Shown piece after piece: positions 47,783 to 55,240 of a stretch of DNA of 64,000 bases. The stretch spans positions 13,507 to 77,506 of the forward strand of contig JAJCYQ010000003.1 of NCBI GenBank assembly GCA_029262835.1, given 5' to 3'. How positions within the stretch are numbered: position 1 is the stretch's first letter; each line of letters begins with the position of its first letter. Source of the DNA: Bacteroidota bacterium. GTDB lineage: Bacteria; Bacteroidota; Rhodothermia; Rhodothermales; UBA10348. The notes beneath the pieces are model-generated. The model made no database searches. It saw nothing but the letters and a program-made list of their open reading frames with translations, and had not been told where the DNA came from. A program made the position numbers and the translations under genes.

Positions 47783-48256
47783 CTACTCGATGGGCCGCTC
47801 GGTTGCGTTCCTGAATATGCGGTCCACTTCTCCCCCTGGCGCCCAGATAATGAGGACCTTGGCAGGGGTATCGGTCGACGGGACGCGGTGTATGACCGTA
47901 TCGCCCGGCCGAACCACGCCGACCATACCAGGCGTCAACAGCGTGGTCTCGTCGTTTACCGTGTGCTCCAACTCGCCCGACAGAACGTAGAAGATTTCGA
48001 CGGACCCGTGCGGATGAGCCGATATGTTCGTGCCGGGCGCGAAGGAATGTTCGGCCAGCTCAAGTTCATTGCCACCCAGGTTGGACGCTTCCAGTAGGAT
48101 TTTGAAGCTGGATCGGCCTTCTCCGAATTCCAGATACCGTGACCCCTTTGTAGCCGTAGCATATTCCGTGTCTTGAGCAAGGACGGTGGACATATGGAAG
48201 AAGCCGCACACTGCGATGGTCAAGGCGACTCTGGATAGGGTTTTCATAGCCGACAA
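47783..48256 (-). CDS. secreted cupin-domain protein
   Basis: Signal peptide; HPHGSVEIFYVLSGE...PG..H. Confidence 0.85.
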   Translation of the reverse strand: MSAMKTLSRVALTIAVCGFFHMSTVLAQDTEYATATKGSRYLEFGEGRSSFKILLEASNLGGNELELAEHSFAPGTNISAHPHGSVEIFYVLSGELEHTVNDETTLLTPGMVGVVRPGDTVIHRVPSTDTPAKVLIIWAPGGEVDRIFRNATERPIE

Positions 48257-48276
48257 CGTAATTACTGAAACCTATA

Positions 48277-48314
48277 TTATCGTTTTACGTGATATACTTA
48301 TCGTTTATCAATAA
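48277..48314 (+). promoter_or_regulatory. tandem operator candidate for the Cro/C1 HTH regulator
   Basis: TTATCGTTT at 48277 and 48298 (21 bp apart); the second forms the palindrome TTATCG-N5-CAATAA; AT-rich. Confidence 0.55.
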
Positions 48315-48326
48315 CACCTGCTTGTC

Positions 48327-48929
48327 ATGCTGTACGTACTCGAACGCATTCTTCGACTGTTTTGGTTCCTGCTTCTCGGCCTGTCGGCCTTGGCCGTACT
48401 GGCTATGAGCGTGGCCCTGTTCGTTTCCGATGATCCAGTGGACACCACGATCTTGTCGGCCCCCGTATCCGTAGAGGCCTTCCAGAAGGCTACCGAAACG
48501 TCTGATATTGTACTGAATAGCGGCGGTCGCATTGGGATAGACGCCGTTTCGTTCACATCGACCAATCCCGCCCTGGCCTGGCCGATGGTCGTAGTTATGG
48601 TTCTTGGAATTGCCCTGTTCCTGCATGGCTTCAGCCTCTTGCGCCGTATTGTTTCAGACGCGGCTTCGGACGCGCCATTTACTTCCAAGAACGTGTCCCG
48701 CTTGCGACGGCTGGCGCTTGTCGCCCTGGGCATTGCGGTGCTTGAATCGGTCGCTCCACTGCTGTCTTCTGCACTGGCCTCGGTTGGACTTCGCGGCGAG
48801 GCCTTCCACGCCGAGTTCAGCCTGCGCGCCGAGCCTTCGTCGCTGATAATCGTGCTCGTCCTGTTTGCGCTTGCTGAAGTGTTCTCGCGCGGCGTGGAGC
48901 TTCAGCAGGAAAACGACCTTACGGTATGA
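48327..48929 (+). CDS. DUF2975 membrane protein
   Basis: 4 TM; PFTSKNVSRLR; LAEVFSRGVELQQENDLTV C-terminus. Confidence 0.88.
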   Translation: MLYVLERILRLFWFLLLGLSALAVLAMSVALFVSDDPVDTTILSAPVSVEAFQKATETSDIVLNSGGRIGIDAVSFTSTNPALAWPMVVVMVLGIALFLHGFSLLRRIVSDAASDAPFTSKNVSRLRRLALVALGIAVLESVAPLLSSALASVGLRGEAFHAEFSLRAEPSSLIIVLVLFALAEVFSRGVELQQENDLTV

Positions 48930-49132
48930 TAACCATTCACCTGGACCTGCTCCTTGTGGAACGCAAAATGACCCTGACCGAGCTTTCGGAAAAGGTCGGG
49001 GTCACACTTCAGAATCTGTCAGTCCTCAAAACCGGCCGTGCCCGGGCCATCAGATTTTCCACATTGGAAGCCATCTGCGAAGCCCTCGACTGCCAGCCCG
49101 GTGACATCCTCAAATGGGAGCCAACACCATGA
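48926..49132 (+). CDS. Cro/C1-type HTH transcriptional regulator (YozG-like)
   Basis: LTELSEKVGVT..NLSVLKTGRARAIRFSTLEAICEALDCQPGDIL. Confidence 0.92.
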   Translation: MITIHLDLLLVERKMTLTELSEKVGVTLQNLSVLKTGRARAIRFSTLEAICEALDCQPGDILKWEPTP

Positions 49133-49737
49133 CCGAAGCCATTCTTTCCACACTCGTAAACATAGTCCTCCTCGTCGTATTGCCATTGGGAGTGTACGGC
49201 ACCGTACAACGAATTCGACGTCAGCGGACGTGGTCCGACATGCGCGAACGGACGGGACTTGTGCTCGGCGACCCGGTGTACATCGGGTACTGTGCCACGG
49301 TGGCCGTGGCAGTAGTCATCATACTCCTCATCTGGCCACCGTCCGTCGCCAATGCGACGGCAGAGGGCTCGGCGTTCGGGGTATTCGCAGGGCTCGGGCT
49401 CTCGGGTAAGGCCGTCATTCTGGCGCTGTTGTATGGCATCCTGAAAACAGGATTCGCGGAGGAATTTCTGTTCAGGGGCATGATCACGGGTAGCCTGGCC
49501 AGGCGGATGCCCGAATCCTGGGCCAATGTGACCCAATCGGTGATTTTCCTGGCGCCGCACCTGTTCATTCTGGCCGTCGCACCCGACATGTGGCCTATTC
49601 TCCCGGTCGTATTCGCTGGCGCCATGTTCACCGGATGGGTTCGCATCCGCAGTGGATCCATCGTGGGTCCGTGGCTTCTGCACGCGACGGCGAACGTGAC
49701 CATGGCACTGAGCGTCGCCATACGTTCAGCTTCCTGA
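49129..49737 (+). CDS. CPBP (CAAX/Abi) intramembrane metalloprotease
   Basis: EEFLFRG, F..PH, H...N motifs; multiple TM; ATGA overlap. Confidence 0.88.
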   Translation: MTEAILSTLVNIVLLVVLPLGVYGTVQRIRRQRTWSDMRERTGLVLGDPVYIGYCATVAVAVVIILLIWPPSVANATAEGSAFGVFAGLGLSGKAVILALLYGILKTGFAEEFLFRGMITGSLARRMPESWANVTQSVIFLAPHLFILAVAPDMWPILPVVFAGAMFTGWVRIRSGSIVGPWLLHATANVTMALSVAIRSAS

Positions 49738-49747
49738 ACAGAACCTG

Positions 49748-50119
49748 TCAGACGTGCTGATCAATCAGGATCGTATTTCCGTCGGGATCCTTGATTACGA
49801 AGTGGGCCGGACCCGTCGTGGTCACATCGGCTTCTGTGACCAGGTCCACACCGGCGTCCCGCAGGGCCTGCTGAAGTTCTCGCACATCCGTGAATGAATC
49901 CAGCGTTTGAGCCATCTGGTCCCACCCGGGGTTGAACGTCAGGATGTTCTCCTCAAACATGCCCTGGAACAGCCTAATAACGGTGGTCCCATTCCGCATA
50001 ATGAGCCAGTTCTGCTCCATCTCACCGGCAAACGCCGAGAAACCGAGTGTTTCATAAAATGCCCGCGACGCCTTGATATCTTTCACGGCCAGGCTGACTG
50101 AAAATCCACCGAGTTGCAT
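49748..50119 (-). CDS. VOC/glyoxalase family protein
   Basis: MQLGGFSVSLAVKDI..SRAFYETLGF..LTFNPGWD..DPDGNTILIDQH. Confidence 0.9.
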   Translation of the reverse strand: MQLGGFSVSLAVKDIKASRAFYETLGFSAFAGEMEQNWLIMRNGTTVIRLFQGMFEENILTFNPGWDQMAQTLDSFTDVRELQQALRDAGVDLVTEADVTTTGPAHFVIKDPDGNTILIDQHV

Positions 50120-50321
50120 GATAGGTGATGTTCTGATTGATGATGTTCTATTCTTCGAATCCAACAGGACGAGCGGCGTGTTCTGGCCGCCGAACGTGAA
50201 GACCACATGCTCCGCGCTGATGGCGGGCTCCCGCCGCAACGGCAAACACAGTCGAGCGACCTGTTTCAGGCACCGTCCGGCACTGTCTCCAGCAGAATGC
50301 GCTGCAAATCCAGGTCGGGTA

Positions 50322-50465
50322 TTAGTCGTAATCGACGACGATTCCGGGTGCCACCTCTTCCGATCGGTCGGACTTGCCGTCACTCAGGGTGAGGTACAGC
50401 GCGTCGGCTTGACGATCACCACTACCCGCAAGGTACGGTTCCCGAAAGCCGAAATGTGCAGGAGA
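50322..50465 (-). pseudogene. fused remnant of a DUF4258-DUF2283 toxin-antitoxin-like pair
   Basis: HISAFGNRTLRVVV (DUF4258-like end) abuts, in another frame, DRQADALYLTLSDGKSDRSEEVAPGIVVDYD* (DUF2283-like). Confidence 0.6.
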
Positions 50466-50536
50466 CCATTCTGGCCTCAGACCTTCCTGTTTCGTAGACT
50501 CCCGGAACCAACAGTCCCGGCCCGACCGCGCTGCCT

Positions 50537-51481
50537 ATGAATGGCTTCATTGCCAATACCGATTTCGACTGGTACACCTATCTCGCCGGGCGGGCCGATC
50601 TGGAAGAAGCCAATTTCTGGAAGCCGTCGGGTGGACAGTCATTCAAGGCACTCCAGCGGGGCGAGCCACTGATTTTCAAGCTCAAGGCCCGTCACGGGCA
50701 CGCCGTCGTAGGCTTTGGGCTCTTCGCGCTCTTCAGGCACCTGACGGTGTACGACGCCTGGCATTTATTTGGAGATGCGAACGGCGCGCCGGATATGGAA
50801 CGCGTCGTGCAGCGGGTCGGAAAGTACGCCCACGGCGAAGACGGCGGGCGACCGGGACGGCACCATACAATTGGCTGCATTCTTCTGGCGAGCCCGATCT
50901 TCTTCGACAGGCCGCTCTGGATCCGCGGTCCGGCGGACTGGAAGAACCAGATCGTGTCCGGAAAGACGTACGACCTTACCCGCGGCGAGGGCCGCCGCAT
51001 TTGGCAGGAATGCCTGGCGCGCGCGGCCATGCTGCCGCTGCCGACGGTCGCGAGTGAAAATCTTGGGCGTATCCAGGAGAGGGCAACGCGGGGGGAGGGC
51101 TACCTCGTGCAGCCCCGCCTCGGGCAGGGCCTGTTCCGGGCATCGGTCCAGGATGCCTACAACCGGTGCGCGGTATCGGGCGAGCATTCGCTCCCCGCGC
51201 TCGATGCGGCCCACATCAAGCCGTTCAAGGATGGTGGCCCCAATGAACTTCCGAACGGGCTTCTGCTGCGAGCGGACATCCACCGGCTTTTCGACCGCGG
51301 CTACGTGACTATCACACCAGATTACCGCTTCCAGGTGAGTCCGGCCCTGAACGATGAGTTCCACAACGGCAAGGTCTACTACCAGCAGGACGGCTCCCCG
51401 ATTTGGCTGCCTCCGTCGGCCGATGCCCGCCCATCGCGGGAGTACCTGGCGTACCATGGGGAAGAGGTGTTCCTGCGGTGA
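50537..51481 (+). CDS. HNH endonuclease (putative modification-dependent restriction enzyme)
   Basis: RLGQGLFR..V..AY..CAVSG, LDAAHIKP, NGLLLRADIHRLFDRG; N-terminal TD.DWY..NFWKPS domain. Confidence 0.85.
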   Translation: MNGFIANTDFDWYTYLAGRADLEEANFWKPSGGQSFKALQRGEPLIFKLKARHGHAVVGFGLFALFRHLTVYDAWHLFGDANGAPDMERVVQRVGKYAHGEDGGRPGRHHTIGCILLASPIFFDRPLWIRGPADWKNQIVSGKTYDLTRGEGRRIWQECLARAAMLPLPTVASENLGRIQERATRGEGYLVQPRLGQGLFRASVQDAYNRCAVSGEHSLPALDAAHIKPFKDGGPNELPNGLLLRADIHRLFDRGYVTITPDYRFQVSPALNDEFHNGKVYYQQDGSPIWLPPSADARPSREYLAYHGEEVFLR

Positions 51482-51520
51482 CTCCGCGTGAACGACCATC
51501 GAGGTAAATGACGCGCAGTC

Positions 51521-51856
51521 CTACCGATTCAGTACCGAGATGAGGCTGTCGACTCTCCTTGCATTTGTCTGGAGCGACGTTTGGACGTCATTGAACTGCT
51601 GTTCTTCAAGCCTGGTAAGCACGGTTCTGTAATCATCCAATGCACTCGCGTGAAATCGCCAAGCATCGACTATAAAGCCCACAAAAGCGATGAAGCAGAC
51701 CAAAACGACCGTTACCGCCCACCACTCGGTTCTGTTGGTGCGCCGAATCAGTCTATTGTAGTCTTCTTGGGCCAGGAATACACTGGACTCTTCCGGGTCC
51801 GCTGCCGTGCCTGGGATTGGTATCAGGTTGTCGCCGTTCGTGGATTCCGCTTTCAC
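51521..51856 (-). CDS. hypothetical single-TM protein with C-terminal coiled coil
   Basis: 111 aa; TM WWAVTVVLVCFIAFVGFIV; GTGA overlap with the upstream gene. Confidence 0.6.
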   Translation of the reverse strand: MKAESTNGDNLIPIPGTAADPEESSVFLAQEDYNRLIRRTNRTEWWAVTVVLVCFIAFVGFIVDAWRFHASALDDYRTVLTRLEEQQFNDVQTSLQTNARRVDSLISVLNR

Positions 51857-52080
51857 TTGTAAATGCCCCGGACGACGAGTTCATCATCCTTCTCTTCTAC
51901 CTGAAGATCATGCCCTACATATCGCGAGACGTCTACGCCACCGAATGTGACGCCACGAGCAAAGGCCATTTTCGGATTGAGCGAGACTCCACCCATGCGC
52001 ACGCGCCGGCGCGGCGCAATCGTTCCATTGGGCATCAGCCGGAAAACGCGGTCGAATCGGACACGCTCAATATCATTCAT
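51853..52080 (-). CDS. small hypothetical beta-rich protein
   Basis: 75 aa from ATG 52080 (ATG 52104 also possible); FDRVF..PNGTIAP..GGVSL..GVTFGGVD..GHDLQVE. Confidence 0.6.
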   Translation of the reverse strand: MNDIERVRFDRVFRLMPNGTIAPRRRVRMGGVSLNPKMAFARGVTFGGVDVSRYVGHDLQVEEKDDELVVRGIYK

Positions 52081-52199
52081 GGTAGCATGGTCCTGGATAT
52101 TCATTGTTTTCGACCGTTTTTTTATTACACAGGTTCCCAATTGACACATGACAGCCACTGACGTAACTCCCGGCCCAAATTATTCGAAGCAGGTTTGCT

Positions 52200-52905
52200 T
52201 TACCGCGGGTCCAGTCCACTGAGAGCATCCAACACAAATACCTCGATGGAGTCTGCCCGAATGGCGTCGTGATGCAATTTCTTGCACGCCTTCAGGTCAG
52301 TGATTGACTCCACTGCATTTCGGATGTCATCCGGCACGTCTCCGAAACGGATTTCGAGCGCATCGATCACGGCCTCCCGGGCATTCGTCAGGCGGCCTTC
52401 CTGCACTCCCTTTTCCATTCCCTTCCGCATGCCGTAGCGCTCAAAGCTCGTGATGTAGCTCATTTGTTTTTCCTCTTCCGTGTTAGCCAGTTCTACGAAT
52501 ACCTGGTCGTCGACATCTTCAGGAAGCCGCACAACCCAGTCCAGAAAGCGAAAAAGATGACGCACCTGCTGGCGGGACCACCCCCTTTCGTATAAACTTC
52601 GAAGGACATGAAGTTTCCAGCGGCTGCGCTCAAGAACGCTCTCATTGCTCTCTGAGGCCAGTTCCTGCGCTTTGAGAATGGCCAAAACCAACAGCCCGAC
52701 CGGGCTCGAACTCAATGACAGTTGTCCTTGCCGATCACGAAAATCCAGCAGTTTCGCAACCGGGAAATCAAACCGCAGCGAACATCCCCATCCTCCCGTC
52801 CGGAACGTCTGCGGCCGCCACGAAGGGACATCATCAGCGAGCAGCGCAAGGCGGGCAACGTTCGGTCCGTAGCGGTCCACGAGCCGGTAGTAATTCGTCC
52901 ACATA
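52200..52905 (-). pseudogene. 3' part of an Rpn/YhgA-like (PD-(D/E)xK transposase-like) gene
   Basis: YYRLVDRYG..LALLADD.PSWRP..FPVAKLLDF..FLDWVVRLP..MSYITSFER.G..KG..EG..LEIRFG; N-terminal catalytic region missing. Confidence 0.75.
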
Positions 52906-52911
52906 CGCCGG

Positions 52912-53085
52912 GTACAGGACCTATCCCTGAATAGTGCGGACACCGTCCGCACTATTCAAACCATTATTCCCTGAAGCGATAAAGGCCCTTGCCCCGATTG
53001 TGCCGACGCCGTCGACACAATCCACTTCTTACCGGAGTGGAGCGCATCCGCGGCAACTGGTCGGTGCGCGAACTCAAACTGTGAA
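52912..53085 (+). pseudogene. YhcG/DUF1016 N-terminal remnant
   Basis: YRTYP*IVRTPSALF..IVPTPSTQS with an in-frame stop, then VERIRGNWSVRELK (YhcG motif). Confidence 0.6.
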
Positions 53086-53402
53086 AACGCCGGTCGCAAG
53101 TACATGAAATATGTGCCATGGTGGGTCAAGTGACCACGAGCGTCTTATTTGACCGCTGCATGACTGCAGTGACTATTGGCACCGACGATGGACAGGTAGA
53201 AGGTCGGCTGGAAATACTGGATGGCCGCGTCTGGCTGCACCATGTAGGATGATGAAATATGTATCCTTTTGGGCCTAACGGGTCTAATTGACGGGTAATT
53301 GATGGCCGACAGGAGCTTGAGCTGTGGCGGATGGGAAAAACGAAATGGAACGAGACGAGGACACGGGCTTTTACCTAACCGAACTGTAAAAAGGTGTGAT
53401 AC

Positions 53403-53651
53403 GTGACCCAACTTCTGGAAAAGCTCTTTGAGCAGGCCTCACAGCTTCCGGATGAAGAGCAGGACGAACTTGCCCGCCGAATGCTGGCAGAGTTGGAGGC
53501 AGAGAATCGCTGGGCAGAACTATTGTCCACATCGAAATCGAAGGACGTGCTTGAACGCATGGCGGGCGAAGCCCTCGCGGCGCATCGGGCGGGGCGCACG
53601 AAACCTCTGAATCCGGTCAATACCTCCTTCCAGAACCCGTCTTCTTCTTGA
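53403..53651 (+). CDS. small antitoxin-like protein (orphan)
   Basis: MTQLLEKLFEQASQLPDEEQDELA..LAELEAENRW..S.DVLERMA.EAL..HRAGRTKPL, a family usually upstream of a ParE/RelE-like toxin. Confidence 0.7.
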   Translation: MTQLLEKLFEQASQLPDEEQDELARRMLAELEAENRWAELLSTSKSKDVLERMAGEALAAHRAGRTKPLNPVNTSFQNPSSS

Positions 53652-53895
53652 ATGATGGATGCCACGCTCGTCCGCTCTCTTCCACTTGCTGCCATGAGGG
53701 CTCAAGACACAATCTTCCCGGAAACGTGACCTTTTTTCGTGCCGTTCCTGCGGCGCGGTCTTCGGGCCACGGTCTAACGACCAAATGCCCTGCAGACCGC
53801 GCCGCAGGAACCGAGTCGTGGATTTTATTTCTGAGAAACGGGTAACAATCGTGCCCCCAGGGCAAGAACTCTGCGCTCAGTGACGTTTGGAGCCG

Positions 53896-54870
53896 CTAGT
53901 GTAGAATCGGATATCTCCGGAGCAAAGTGTAGCAGTCAAGCACATTCATACGTTGGCTTTCATTCTGTTCGGCACCCAGCCTTAATTTACCGTGTCGATC
54001 GAGTAGAGGGTCAAATCGCCGCATCGCCCTCGAAAGCTCTTCGCCGTACATGCCGATCGAAGTACCGTAGACTCGCGGGAGAGACTCAGCCGTTCCATTC
54101 TTGCCTGCCAAGTTATGAACACCAAGTAGTTCAAGGTTCTGCGGGTGGAAGCCAAATCCGAGGAAGCACAATTTCTCTGCACCACGAAGCAGACTAGCGA
54201 ATGAGCGTGCTCGGAGTGTTGTGGCCATTGTTTCAAGTGAGTCCGCTGCTCTTGCCACTACCTCGCTCGTGATTGCTTCTCCTACCGGAACGTTCTTCAG
54301 CTGTCCAAGACTGCCGTAGACGTGAGTGATCTTCATGGATTCAACGAACGACAATGCCTCATCGTGCCCCACGCCGTGAAGGGACTTGACGGCGTGGTAG
54401 AAGTAATATTCCAGGGATCGATCATAGTTGAAAGTCACAAAGCCAAACCGTTCTACCGGAAATGATGGGGTTTTGGTCGATAAATCCAAGTCCCGCTGAA
54501 CGGCGCTCCAGAGAAGACCATACCAGTCGTCCCCTTTCTCCGATCGCCATAAAACCCTGCCCGCCTTGGCAAGATTCTCAGATCGCAGTAGACAGTGTGC
54601 TATCACTCTTTTCCCGAGTTCCTCCCAATCCGGGCGATTGGCGAGGAAGTAATCGATGGTTGTTTCGCCTCCACTGTGATCAAAGTCTTTCACAAAGTTG
54701 GACAGCACGTTTTGATCTACTGTCACTCCGGTTTTCAAATCGCCCAACAATGTGTCGTAATGGCTGATATCCGATGGGATTGCACGAATGATGTCCTTCA
54801 GTTGCATTCCCGAGGGTAAACCGTACGGTATGCTGGCACCAGCTCCGAGTATGAAGACAGTTTTTGGCAA
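53896..54870 (-). CDS. SIR2-like (SIR2_2) protein, putative NADase
   Basis: VFILGAGAS..YGLP.G, VTFNYD, HVYGSL, FLGFGF; TTG start. Confidence 0.8.
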   Translation of the reverse strand: MPKTVFILGAGASIPYGLPSGMQLKDIIRAIPSDISHYDTLLGDLKTGVTVDQNVLSNFVKDFDHSGGETTIDYFLANRPDWEELGKRVIAHCLLRSENLAKAGRVLWRSEKGDDWYGLLWSAVQRDLDLSTKTPSFPVERFGFVTFNYDRSLEYYFYHAVKSLHGVGHDEALSFVESMKITHVYGSLGQLKNVPVGEAITSEVVARAADSLETMATTLRARSFASLLRGAEKLCFLGFGFHPQNLELLGVHNLAGKNGTAESLPRVYGTSIGMYGEELSRAMRRFDPLLDRHGKLRLGAEQNESQRMNVLDCYTLLRRYPILH

Positions 54871-54907
54871 GTGGACAGAATCAGTCTGCGTGAGCGTACA
54901 GCTCAGA

Positions 54908-55240
54908 TTATTGGATCGATGTGGTATCCTCGGCCGATTTGGCTCTCAACCGCTCCTCAAACCGTTCATAATCTCCCAAATGGGCCCGCATGAGGCTTTT
55001 CCAAAGACGGCCGTGGTTTGGGACGCGCAGATGGAGCAGTTCGTGGACGATGACGTATTCGCCGAGGTCACGGTCCAAGTCAAGAAGCTCGTCGTTGAAG
55101 CTGAGGGTGCCAGCAGTGGAGCATGAGGCCCACTTGCGACTCATTGGGCGGACATACAGACCCGTGATCTCAACATCCAGCTTGGACGCCCACTCATGGA
55201 CGCGAGCCTTGAATTCTCCCCTATCGCGCCACGCTGTCAT
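54908..55240 (-). CDS. short M48/YgjP (DUF45)-like metallopeptidase associated with type I RM
   Basis: MSRKWASCS, YVIVHELLHL.VPNH..LW; ATGA overlap with hsdR. Confidence 0.85.
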   Translation of the reverse strand: MTAWRDRGEFKARVHEWASKLDVEITGLYVRPMSRKWASCSTAGTLSFNDELLDLDRDLGEYVIVHELLHLRVPNHGRLWKSLMRAHLGDYERFEERLRAKSAEDTTSIQ

